From: the human T2T-CHM13v2.0 reference genome, Homo sapiens
Length of the DNA stretch: 64,000 bases
Direction: 5' to 3' (one strand)
Assembly: GCF_009914755.1 (NCBI RefSeq)
Contig: NC_060928.1
In this document: positions 1-14,608 of the stretch, piece after piece
Layout of the letters: each line of letters begins with the position of its first letter
How positions within the stretch are numbered: position 1 is the first letter of the stretch
Notes under the pieces: model-generated
Told to the model about the DNA's origin: nothing
The model's database searches: none
The model's input: only the letters and a program-made list of their open reading frames with translations
Made by a program: the position numbers and the translations under genes

Positions 1-1888
<1,888 letters not shown>

Positions 1889-1904
1889 AGAAAAAAATAA
1901 TGCC

Positions 1905-2060
1905 AGGTACATTTTTCAGCACTATGCATGTATTAACTCATAACCAACCTATGATGTAAGTACCACTACTACCCCTTTTACAAATAAAGAAATTAAATAA
2001 CTCGTCCAAAGTCATATCAGGCTAAATATTTCAGCTCAGGGAATCTTCCCTCAAAGTCTG
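1905..2060 (-). mobile_element. MIR remnant
   Basis: Degenerate MIR core: aactcataaccaacctatga...ttttacaaataaagaaatt...ccaaagtcata. Confidence 0.45.
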
Positions 2061-2120
2061 AAATATTTACCACTTTACCACATTTTAAACCCCAATACTG
2101 AGTTAAATACAGTGGAAATC

Positions 2121-2436
2121 TGCCAGGCGTGGTGGCTTATGCCTGTAATCCCAGCACTTTGGGAGGCCAAGGCAGGCAGCTCACTTGAGGTCAGGAGTTC
2201 AACACCAGCCTGGCCAATTAGGAGAAACTCCGTCTCTACTAAAAATACAAAAATTAGCCAGGTGTAGTGGCACAAGCCTGTAATCCCAGCTATCCGGGAG
2301 GCTGAGGTAGGAGATTCACTTGAACCCACAAGGCGGAGGTGCAGTGAGCCAAGATTTTGCCACCGCACTCTAGCCTGGTTGACAGAGCGAGACTCTGTCT
2401 CAAAAAAAAAAGAAAAGAAAAGAAAAAAAGAAAAAA
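2121..2436 (+). mobile_element. AluS (Sx/Sz-like)
   Basis: gccaggcgtggtggc...gactctgtctc followed by an A/GAAAA tail. Diverged TSD aaatacagtgga / aaatacaatgga. Confidence 0.95.
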
Positions 2437-3675
2437 AAATACAATGGATTTTCTTCAAGGGATGTAAGATTTCCATATGTTTTAGATATTAAAATTATTA
2501 AGCATATTCCTAAAACTGGATTGAATGTAGCGATACTTTTAGGGACAATATTTGAGAATAGAACACAATTTTCAGGTTAAGTTCATTGTGCTTGAAGTTT
2601 AATGTAAATTTAATGCCCAGGCAGATATATTGAAAGAACACACAAAAAAAATTAAATATGTGCATATCAGGATCTACTTTTTACTACCTGATTAGGAACA
2701 GCAAGGGGCATCTTTGGGTATACAAAAGAAGTTAAAATATAAAATGATCATTTCACTGAACTTTTGTCAAAGGCTAAATTTGATATAGAACATATTCCCC
2801 AAAAGAAAAAAAAAATAGCTGTATATGTTTAGTCACAATGTAATTATGATCAGCTGAGCTGAGGAGGTAAGGAGCCAGAGGCTTGGTAAGCAGAAACCAG
2901 TAGGACACTGTTATCAGAGGCAGGGTAGGAGGGGCACTCCAAAGTTCACAGAAACTGCCAGCAGCCTGGAGAGTTATAGGAAGTGAAAGATCCTGGGTGA
3001 GATGGGTAGAAGGAGTTCGTGGCCCCAGCGGCAAATAAAAGTACTGAAGCAGCTTGATTGCCTAGTCTTGGTTGTCTTTGTTTGTTCCACCCCTGGTGAG
3101 AGTTCACCCTGAGAGAACCTGTACAGCAGGTGAGAATAACTGAAAACAGCTGGCTGTCAGTGAGGGCAAGGGTGGAGCAGATGCTGTTTTCTGGTAGAGA
3201 TTTTTTTTTTTTTTTTTTTTTTTCTGACACCTGGGCAAGTAACATGTAGTTGACTCTTTTAGCCAGACATTGTAATGGACTTTCCTGTAATCCCATGCAT
3301 GCAGGCTGCCATTTTATATCTTTGAAAGCCTGTGTGTCTAAGGAAATATCAACAGAAAGAATTAGAAATGAAGTATTGACATTCTTCACTAAGGGGCATT
3401 TGGTCCCATGTGATAGCTGAACTCCAAAGTCATTATGACCAGAAAGTTGCTACTAAGAAAGTCAGAAGGTAGAAATAGGAGCTCTATTCAGCTTGGTTAC
3501 CTGGACAGCAATTCCTCGCTACATTTCCAGAGGCAGCTCTCTGCTAAAAAGATAATTCGTTGATTATCCAGTGTTCCCTTGTGGCTCTATGTGTGGCCTT
3601 TCTTTCTCTCTTATCAAAGCAAATAATCTGTAAAGAAAGGCAACCAACCAGGCAAGTGAATTTTTTGAGCCTTAG

Positions 3676-3692
3676 ATATATATGTGTGTGTG

Positions 3693-3725
<33 letters not shown>
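3676..3725. repeat. (TA)n(TG)n(CA)n compound microsatellite
   Basis: Read directly; alternating purine-pyrimidine throughout. Confidence 0.95.
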
Positions 3726-3731
<6 letters not shown>

Positions 3732-4961
3732 TTCAGTAGCTGAGCTCGTCAAGTTTTTGAAACCATTTTAAATCATTTTATTCTCTGTGTGACTATCACC
3801 ATGTTTTGTGATAATGTGATGTGGGGTCGTGGCCAATTTATCCACACTTTAACAAACTCTGATTATTAGAATTAGTTCAAGAGATTTTTCTCTTTTTTCC
3901 TGATAATTTTTAATCTAAGTTAACTATATAGATTTTTAGGTAAGTAGAGATGACTGTGTGACTATAACACTGTAACTGGAATCTGGATACTCTCATAAAA
4001 TGTTTAAGCTAAAAGGAACCTTTGGGATCATAGCTTCAATCCAGAGGAAATTGTGGCCTAGAGGTTTTATGTAACTTCCTCATAGTTAATGGGCTGAGAC
4101 CAATTTAGTGAATCTTGGTTCCATTTCTAATCAAGTTTCACAATTTATTTACTGTGAACAAATATACATTTTAGGTGAAATATTTACATTTTGTTTGTAG
4201 CTGCTCAAATAAAAACAGCTGCAAAAAGTTCCCCTACGTCTAAACATTTTCTGAGAATTGAAAAATAATTTCTGTCCATAATAGATAATTAAGACAGTAC
4301 AGAAAAATTTAAAAGACAAAAATCTACATATCAACCTGATAAAGACAACCACTATGAAGGCTTGCATGTATTTTCTCGTTTTATCCATGCATTTATTTCT
4401 TTTAATGCAGTCGCGATTGTACTATGTAAGTACATTTTATCTGCCTTTTTTTTTCCTTTTGAGAATATCAGACCCTTTGAAAGTGTTTATAGCAGTTGCT
4501 TATGCATCATAGTCCATTAAGGGGATGGAATGATTTACTTTAATGCACTCCCTATTTTGTGGCATTTTATTTCTGCTAGAAAGAGATTTTTGCATAACAC
4601 AAATACATATTTATGGAAGTGTGACTGTGCTTTCTTACCATTCCTTCACCTCACATCCTCTCTTCAATACACTTTAATCCTACATTCTTTGCTATCGCTA
4701 CACTAAGATTGCTTTTATTAAGGTCAAGTATTTCTATTTGCCATATACAACGTTTATTTCCTCTACCTTATTCTAGTTGACTTCTCAGCATTGTATGACA
4801 CCATTAACAACTCCTCAGTCCCATCTTCCACTTTTCTTTATTATATTTTTTAGTCAGACTCACAGAATTGAGTTGATTTTATTCCTCATTGGGTGGCACA
4901 CTATTATCGTTCTTCCCAACTTGTTCAGTATTTGTTTTATGTATTTACTAATACTTTTCTT

Positions 4962-5450
4962 TATGGTAGGCAGAATTATCCCTTCCCCCCACCCCCCTAC
5001 CTCGACTTCCCCAGAAATATCCACATTTGAATCCCTGGAACCTGAGAATTTCTAATTTTACATGGCATAAAGGACTTTGCAGATGTGATTAAATTAAGGA
5101 CATTGAGGTAGGGAGATTATCCTGGATTATGTAGATGGGTTCATTGTAATCTCAAAGACCCTTAAAAGTGGAAGCAGGAGGCAAAGGGGAGAGTGAGAAG
5201 AAGAAGGGAGAAAGGCACAAGGAGATGCAATGTTTGCCATCTTTGAAGATGAAGGAAAGGAGCTTCTAAAAGCTAGAATGCTCCCTTACTGGCAGAGAAA
5301 GGAACATAGCCTTCCTGACTGGCTGATTTTAGCCCGGAGAGAAGCATGCCAGATTTTTGACCTGCAGAACTAGAAGATAATAAAATTTGTGTTGTAGTAA
5401 GCCACTTACTTTGTGGTAATTTGTTACTGCGCAATAGAAAACTTAATACA
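4962..5450 (+). mobile_element. MaLR solo LTR (MLT1D-like)
   Basis: Starts tatggtaggcagaat..., contains ggactttgcagatgtgattaa and ggagattatcctggattat, ends ...gaaaacttaataca. AATAAA at 5379. Confidence 0.85.
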
Positions 5451-5549
5451 TTCTCTTCTTCCATTTTCAAGTTCATTCTCCTGCCTCACTCTAGTATATT
5501 TAACGTTTATTCTTCCAGTCTTACTTTCAAAGTTTACTTAAACATACCT

Positions 5550-6900
5550 GTATCCTTAATAGAATAGAAAATGCTTCACGTTTTTAACCATGCATAAATG
5601 CATAGGTGGTGGTGTGCTATTCATCTTATTTACTACTTTTTTCACACAATGCTATATTTAAACTGCATCTGTATTGCTATAAAGTTTGTTCAGTGATTTT
5701 AATTTCAACATATTCCATTATTTGAATATTTCACTGCTGTATCATCTTTCATCTTAGGCATATACCACATTTTACCCATCCAGTCTCCTCAAGACTTTGT
5801 CTGCTCATATTAGTCCACTCTGTGTTTGTATCACAGTCTACTTATGTGATGGAACTACTTAGGATGCTTCTAACTCTTTATGATTAAAAACAACGTGACA
5901 AGCGTTGTACTGGATGTCTTCTTGTGGATCAGTGTGAGTTTCCTTGGGAATATATTTAGGAGTAGATTATACACATAGGTAACTTTACTATTGAGCAACA
6001 TTGACCATTCTCCAGAATGACGGCATCAGTTTTCACTTGCACCAGTGAGTCAGCTCCCCTTTCTTCATAGCTGCACCCAACCTTAATGGTGTTCAGTTTT
6101 CTGATATTTTTTATATACCTGAGAGACATTAGGTGGTATCTCATTGTTTTGATTTGCATTTCTCTGATTACTAAAGAGAATGAACTTTTCTTCAGTACCA
6201 ATTAGCTATTTGGACAACACCTTCTATAAATTTATTCTTTATAGTCTTTACCTATTTTTCTCTTTGTATTTTTTTCATCCTAGCTTTTAAGAACTACTGA
6301 TGGTAAGTAAGCCTTTGCCATTTTCAAATGTGCAAATAACTTCTTCCTGTCTATCTCCCTTTAGATACATGTGTACAGAAATCTTTCATTGAGACGTAAT
6401 CAGAAAATTCTGTTTTTTCCCTTTTGGTTTTATATTTGCAAGTATTAGCTTATAAACCATTGTTTACCCAGTATCAAAAATATTTTAGTTTTCACATTTA
6501 TAATCACATTAAGAATTTAAATACATTAATTTGAAGTTTTTATATTTTATGAGTTAGAAATACATTTTTTATGGAGCAAGTCTTATGTTTTCAACATACA
6601 TTACCAAATAATGGAACCTCTTTCCAATGATTTATGATGTTTGTTGTTTAGAACAAATTCCCATGTATTCATAAACTCTTTATTCTCTTTCACTGCTTCA
6701 TTAGTCTGTATCTATTTCACTAACACTTTGCAATATGGCTTAATACTTTCATTAACAAGTATTTTTTTCTTTTACTCTTTTTTTTCAGAATTTGCTAAAA
6801 ATGTTAAAACACATTGTCAAATTCCTCTTTAAAAGTATAATTGGATTTTGACTGGAAGTTTGTTCAACTTAGATTGATTTGTGGTAAGTTGATTAAGTGA
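5550..6900 (-). mobile_element. Old L1 (L1ME-like) 3' fragment
   Basis: ggtatctcattgttttgatttgcatttctctgattac. Minus-strand ORF 5956-6201 (SLVIREMQIKTMRYHL) resembles the ORF2 C-terminus. Confidence 0.7.
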
Positions 6901-7321
6901 ATCATGCTGATATCCAGTCAAAAATCTAGAAGTAATCTTGGATTTTTCTTTCCTTTACTTCTCCTCCTGCATTGTCCTTAACATTTGTGGGACATAAAAT
7001 AGGAGTTTAAACGGAAGTCAGCATATCATAAGTTGTAATTAAAAATTACAGACCAAGCTGTCCCCGTTACCCAGCCCATGTTCCCACTGAGGTTATCATT
7101 CTGAAATCTAGAGGCAAAAGGAGTTCCCCTCCTTGTAGGGCCAACCCTGACAAACCTGGTTAGTACTGATGTACGTGGCAGGAAAAAGTAGAAGCTGGGT
7201 TCAGCTCAGGATCCACCCAGAGCTAGGACTGACCTAATGAAACCCTAGAGACAGAGGTTGGGGCAGTGCCTCTCTTTCATATCTTACTTTTCCAACTCAG
7301 GATTTCCAGACTGCTCATTAG

Positions 7322-7663
<342 letters not shown>

Positions 7664-7839
7664 TCTGTGTCTTTCTCTCTCTATGTTTGAGGTGTTTGAA
7701 GTTTCAAAAATCTTTCTTATAACCAAAACAAACAAACAAACAAACAAAAAACAAAAAAACTTTCTATGTTTTTATGACTGCAATATGTGGGTCCTCTTGG
7801 TTTAATCTAAGGACTGTGCTGTCCCCACATCAATAAGCA

Positions 7840-8150
7840 CTGTCAGTCTGCTTCCAAATCATCATCCTCATTCTTGTCTAAGCCCTGGTTATCTCTTGCC
7901 TAGACTATTTCCAGTAGCTTCTGGCTAGTGTCACTGCTTCTGCTCTTACCCACTTGAAATTAATTCTCCAGAGCACTGAGAGGGAACATTTTAAGACACA
8001 AATTGAGTCATATCTCTCTCCGGATTTCAACTCTCTGACGGCTTAACTTTACTCTTCGGATGAAATAAAAACTCCCTGCATTGGTTTACAAAGCCCTTGC
8101 CAGATATGTCTGTTTACATCTGCAGCCTCATTTATATTACTATATGTCTG
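7840..8150 (+). mobile_element. L2 fragment (continues at about 11280-11630 after the MER63 and L1 insertions)
   Basis: L2-like tctcttgcctagactatt...aattctccagagcactgagaggg...acaaagccctt. Confidence 0.6.
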
Positions 8151-8158
8151 TATTACAC

Positions 8159-9060
8159 CAGTGTGCTCATGCTGGCTTGCACTGACCTGTGAGAACCTGT
8201 TGTTAAATTTTCAGGAATTTTGCAAGCCAGTTGTTAAAACCAACTATTACAAATATTGTATAATCTTACAGTTAAATAGACTGCAATATAAGGAAATATA
8301 ATAACTACTCCAAGATTATTATTTCCTAGTTATTTTTACTATATTTTACTATTCTCATTGCTCTTGGTGTCTTTTTATATATTGTATGTGTACAATAGAA
8401 ATACCATATAATGCTGTACTACTGCACATACTTTCCCAACTTCATGTTCAATGAAGTCACGTTTATAGCCAGAAATCAACCCTGAAGGGAGTATTTACAC
8501 CATAGAAATGGGCAAATATTACAAAATAGGGTTTCATTTGATGATTTGCTGATTCTCCAGACACGAGAAAATGTTTAAAATGCAGACTAAAGTTAAAAGG
8601 GTGTGTCTGTAGCTGTTACATTGTGAATAGCACAAAAAAAATTGAAGAAATAGTCCAGTATTTGGAAACTTGTGCCATGAAGCAAAAAAGTTATTCACAT
8701 CACTGATGAACAAGTGAAGTTCCACCATATGTCTTTTTTGTCTCACTTTCATCTTGCTCATGAAAGTACACAAAAATATCAAAAAATATTTATTTCAGAA
8801 CTAAACTCATTTATCAGTTACAACCATAGTTTGATAACAGATACAAGAGTTCATCAAAACTCAGTGAACATATTCTGAGAGAATCAATTAGCTGTATAGA
8901 AATTACTATAGAAAGCATTGTGTATTTCTTTATTGTTTGCAGATTGTGAGCTTTACATATTTTACATCAGTAAATTATAATAAATTTAATGTACATTTCT
9001 GTATACATACATGTGTCTTTCTAAAGAACTGGTTGTTAAATATTCACCAGCACACCATTG
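8159..9060 (+). mobile_element. MER63-family hAT-Blackjack DNA transposon (about 900 bp, MER63C/D-like)
   Basis: Termini cagtgtgct... and ...ccagcacaccattg; internal repeats tgttaaattttcaggaattttgcaagccagttgttaaa and ctggttgttaaa. Confidence 0.75.
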
Positions 9061-9094
9061 CTCTCTGTGTATCTATCAGCCACAATAATTTTCT

Positions 9095-11272
9095 GGGTTT
9101 TTTGGTTTTTTTTACTTTTTTTTTTTTAGATTTAGGGATACATGTGCAGGTTTGTCATGTAGGTAAATTGCATGTCAGAGGAATTTGGTGCACAGATTAT
9201 TTTGTCACCGGGTAATAAGCATAGTACCTGATAGGTAGTTTTTCAATCCTCACCCTTCTCTCACCCTTCAATCTCAAGTAGGCACCAATGTTTGTTGCTC
9301 CCTTCTTTGTGTCTGTATGTTTAACTCCCACTTTAAGTGAGAGTATGTGGTATTTGGTTTTCTGTTCCTGTGTTAGTTTACTTAGGATAATGTCCTCAAG
9401 CTCCATCCATGTTACTGCAAAGAACATGGTCTCATTCTTTTTTATGGCTGCATAGTTTTCCATGGTGTATATGTACCATGTTATCCAGTATACCATTGAT
9501 GGGTATTTAGGTTGATTCCATATCTTTGCTACTGTGAATACTGCTGCAGTGAATATACACATGAATGTCTTTTTACAGTAGAACAATTTATATTCCTTTG
9601 GGTATATACCCTATAATAGGGTTAGTGGGTCAAATGATATTTCTTCTTTCAGTTTTTTGAGAAATTGCCAAACTGCTTCACACAGTGGCTGAATAAATTT
9701 ACATTTCCACCAAGTGTGTATAAGTGTTCTCTTTTCTCTGCAACCTCCCCAGCATGTGTTATTTTTTGACTTTTTAATAGTAGCCATTCTTACTGGTGTA
9801 AGAAGGTGGTTTTGATTTGCATTTCTCTGATGATTAGTGATGTTGAGTATTTTTTCATATGCTTGTTGATGATTAGTGATGTTGAGTATTTTTTCATATG
9901 CTTGTTGGCTACATGTATGTCTTATTTTGAGAAGTCCGTTCATGTACTTTGCCCATGTTTAATGGGGTTGTTTGCTTTTTGCTTGCACATTTGTTTATGT
10001 TCCTCATACATTCTGAATATTAGACCTTTGTCAGATGCATAGTTTGCATGTTTTTTCTCCATTTGTAGGTTGTTGGTTTACTCTATTGAGAGTTTCTTTT
10101 GCTGTGCAGAAGCTCTTTAGTTTAATTAGGTACGATTTGTCAATTTTTGTTGTTGTTGCAATTGCTTTTGATGATCTTCATCATGAAATCTTTGCCAGGG
10201 CCTGTGTCCGCAATGATATTTTCTAGATTATCTTCAAGAGTTTTTATAGTTTTAGGTTTTACATTTGAGCCTTTAATCCATCTTTAGTTGATTTTTGCAT
10301 ATGGTGTAGTTAAAGGTCCAATGTCAATCTTCTGAATATGGCTACTTAGTTATCCCAGCACCATTTATTGAATAGGGAGTCCTTTCCCTGTTGCCTTTGT
10401 CAGCTTTGTCAAAGATCATATGGTTACCTATGTGTGGTATTATTTCTAGACTTTCTTTTTTGTTCCACTGGTCTATTTGTCTGTCTTTGTACTAATACCA
10501 TGCTTTTTTGGTTACTGTATTCTTATAGTATAGTTTGAAATCAGGTAATGTGATGCCTCCAGCTTTGTTGTTTTTGCTTAGGATTGACTTGGCTATTTGG
10601 GCTCTTTTTTGGTTTCATATGAATTTAGGATTGCCTTGGCTATTTGAGCTATTTTTTGGTTCCATGTGAATTTTCAGAACTATGGTTCCCTAGTTTTTTT
10701 TCTGATTGTGTGATGAATGTTGTAGGTAGTTTGATAGGAATAGTGTTGAATCTGTACATTGATTTGGGCAATATGGGTGTTTTAACAATATTGACTCTTC
10801 CTATCGATGAGGATGGAGTGTTTTTCCATTTGTTTGTGTCATCACTGATTTCTTTGAGCAGTGTTTTATAATTATCATTGTAGGGATCTTTCACCTTCCT
10901 AATTAGCTGTATTTCTAGATATTTTATTCTTTTTGTGGCTATTGTGAATGGGATTGCATTCTTGATTTGGCTCTCAGCTTGAATGTTGGTATATAGGTAT
11001 GCTACTGATATTTGTATATTGATTTTTTATCCTGAGACTTTGCTGAAGTTGCTTATCAGATCAAGGAGCTTTTGGGGTTTTCTAGGTATAGAATCATACT
11101 GCAAACAGGGATAATTTGATTTCCTCTCTTCCTATTTGGATGTCTTTTATTTCTTTTTCTTGCCTGATTGTTGTGACCAAGACTTCCAGTACTCTGTTGA
11201 ATGGGATTGATGAGAGAGGGCATCTTTGTCTTGTTCAGGATTTCAAGGGGAATGCTTTCAGCTTTTGCCCAA
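9095..11272 (-). mobile_element. 5'-truncated L1 (older L1PA, about PA13-16), 3' UTR plus ORF2 3' part
   Basis: T-rich tail then gggatacatgtgcaggtttg. Minus-strand ORF2 fragments [15 protein letters not shown]...IPIKLP and AKIWNQPKYPSM...YYAYYP are broken by stops and frameshifts. Confidence 0.93.
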
Positions 11273-14200
11273 CTTTGCATTAATTATTTTGTCTGCTTAG
11301 ATTGTTCCTCCTCATTTTTGCCTGAGAACTTCCTCTGCTATCCTCAGTGTAATTATCATTTTTGTGGAGACACGCTCTCTGACAAACAGGTTTACCAGTT
11401 ACTCCTTATTGCATCATTCTATTTCAATTCTCTGTGGAAGACTAGATGTTATTTTTTATGTTTTTTTCTTAATTTTATTATCTGCCTACCAAATTTTACT
11501 TTATTCCTCTAAAATATAGTTTACCGTAAGATTCAGGTCCCAGTATTGCCTGGCTTAATCACAGCTGTATTTACAGGGCCTTGAACAATATCTTGCATTT
11601 ATTAAGCACTAGAATATATTTTAACTAAATTAATATAACTTCCCTGATTAAAATTAGTTTCTGAATCCAATGATTAATAATGTGAATATTTAAGAAGGGA
11701 TAAGATTTTTCTTTCAGCAACATATTGATACACATTTCAACCCAGCAATGAATTCTTATATTTAAATAAAATTTATGTGGCTCTTTCCTCTGTTTTTAAT
11801 CTTAGAAGTATACATTTAAAAATTGTAGTTTCATTATTAAATCACATTTAATATACTCAAATGCAGCATATCAACTGTCAAAACTAATGGTGTTTTGATT
11901 TGAGAGTAATTTTTAGTGCATAATTTTAATCATATTACAATAGCACAAGGAGAGATAAAATTCCTTACCAAAATATAGAAATATCATGTAATATATTATT
12001 TGAAGATTTATTTAATTCACATAGTATAGTCATCTTTATGAAAATATTTTTGATTGGAATAATTTTACTTTGGGATCCAGTTGAGGTCAAGAACATAGGT
12101 AGGTTAATGGAACTAAATTGTTTTTAACTTCTTTTGTGGTTTCTAGGTTTAAAAGGCTACCTAGATGTTGTTTTAAAAGGCAACAGTGTTAATAATTACA
12201 AAGTTGGTATGATAAATTAAAATAATTCACTTTTCTTAAGAAAGACAATTTTGAACTTGTTTACTTTCTCAGAAAGTGCTATGCCTTATTTCTACCTTAA
12301 TTCAGATATGCATGCATGCATGCGTATATACCCCAATTGGACATGACAATAAAATATTATGGCAAAACATATTATTTCTATGTCCTATAACCTTTGTGGG
12401 TTCATTTTTAAGATACTTTGGTGTGGGGAGTGGTGAATCAGTGATATTTGAAGTAGTAGTCAAGCGAGGATAGCAAAGGAAAATTTTTAAGATTTTCTTA
12501 AAAATTATCAGAATACTTTGGTGTGGGGAATGGCAGATCAATGATACTGGTAGTAGCAGTCAAGGGGGTAGCAAAGGAAAGAATATACATGTGATGCTAA
12601 CAGTATTCTTATTTGTGAAATGAATTGATTTGGAGAGGCTGGCTAAGGCTTAGTTTTAGAGCCATGATATATTTATTAATATATAGGTCATTAGTCTAGG
12701 GAGCTGGCCAACTAAGTAATTACCCTGTTTAATAATGGCTCTACAAATCCAGGTAATTCCTACATATCTCACTACTTAGATTATAAGTTAAGCTGGCCAC
12801 AGGGCCCGCCTTACTGTTCTCTGTCAGCTTGTATGTGTATGTGTGTGATTAGGCACTTGTAAATTTTTACATTGAAGATATTAATCACGTGGTAGCTATT
12901 TTTTCTTTTCTCATATCAGCTTACATGTTAGTAGGCTGTAAGTAAACACCTGATCCAAGGGTGACTGTGAATATTCCTTTTAGATTAAATTAAGGATTCT
13001 GAGGCTATTTCTCCAGAACCAGGCCTTGAGACAAGTGTAATCGCAATTATACAGTAACTCCTTAAACACTTAAAACTTAATTATTTAGCAACCTATTAAA
13101 GGTGTTATCAAATGCATAGTGATTTTTATATAAAAGTTTTGTAGTCAGTGAAAAAGAAATGACACATATCAAGGTCATAATCAGAATGTATCATTTCAGC
13201 TAGAGTTAAAAATATGTATTTAAAAAGTCATGACACTGTGGGTATTTTTATGTTAAAAAAGTGTTTTGATTATTTTTCTCATACATCAAAACTAAGAATT
13301 TTAATTCTAGAGGATACTGAAAGAACTGTGATAATTGAAGAATCCAGCATTTTACTCATATGAGGTATGGTTGGCATTTATACAAGCTGTGATTACATTT
13401 ATATAAAACTCATGAGAGTTGGATGTGACTCCTTTTGCTAAGATAAACCAGGTTGTTTTCTCACCCCTTGGGTTGATAAATCTCTAATTATGGGGTAATA
13501 TACACAGATTATAAATTGTATAATTTATGCTACACATTCATCTCAAACAAACATAGTCACAACTGAATTTCTGCAAGGAATCACAGAGCTGGACAATACT
13601 GAGGAGTAAATAAAACCTCAGGACATATATTTTTAAAACATACATTGGTAGTTGCAGAAAGACAATAGTTTGCAATATTCTGAAAAGGCTGAATTTATGA
13701 CTGTAAATGGCACTGTATGTTTATATACACTTATGTATACATATATTGTATAAGACGCTTGTGTGGGATGGCCTCAAAATTAATGTAATTACATACTGCA
13801 ACTTTGCCCAAAATGTAGAGGTTATCACTCCACTAAGGGGTAAGTAAAATCACAACATTTTATTAGATGGATTACATTTATTATAACAATACCAATTTAG
13901 GGGCTGTTTTAAGTGTTTAAAATACGTGTGATTATAGGTATAGAATTTGTGAGTGCCTAGGTAACAGACCCAATAAACACAGAAGCAACTGCTTAATGAC
14001 AATAACAGGCTCATATATGTCACTTACTAATTCATTCAACCTTTTATTGAGCACCTACTATAACATCAGGCACTGTCTCAGCATTTATTACCAGTTGCTT
14101 TCTTTACTTTTTAATCTATAGTTCAGGTAACTGGTTACAGACATTTGATTCACATGTTTCAACTTAAAAATATTTTTTCTTTATAAGAAAATCCCCGGAA

Positions 14201-14294
14201 GATCACCAAACTATATCACTGGGTGAGTACCACAAAACAGACTCCCATTTTCTTTTGAATCTGTTGAAGGTAACATGTCACTTGCCTTTTTAAT

Positions 14295-14608
14295 TTTTAA
14301 TTTAATTTCATTTATTTATTTTGTGACAGGATTTCGCTCTGTCACTCAGGCTGGAGTGCAGTGGTACAATGACGGCTCACTGCAGCCTCAACCTCCCAGG
14401 CCTAAACAATCCTCCCACCTCAGCCTTCTGAATAGCTGACATCAGGGGTGTGTGCCACCATGCTTGGCTAATTTTTTATTTATTTATTTTGTAGAGATGG
14501 GGTCTCCCTGCATTGCCCAGACTGGTTGTGAACTCCTGGGCTCAAGTGATCCTCTTGTCTTGGCCTCCCAAGATGCTGGACTTATAGGCATGAACCACCG
14601 TGTCCCAT
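14295..14608 (-). mobile_element. AluJ
   Basis: Diverged dimer with cactgcagcctcaacctcc and aatcctcccacctcagc. TSD core gcctttttaat on both sides. Confidence 0.92.

Noticed and set aside
9197-11280. L1 ORF2-like ORFs as functional reverse transcriptase
   Set aside because: 5'-truncated and fragmented by stops and frameshifts.
12413-12580. CRISPR-like repeat-spacer array
   Set aside because: Only two diverged copies, eukaryotic context and no cas genes.
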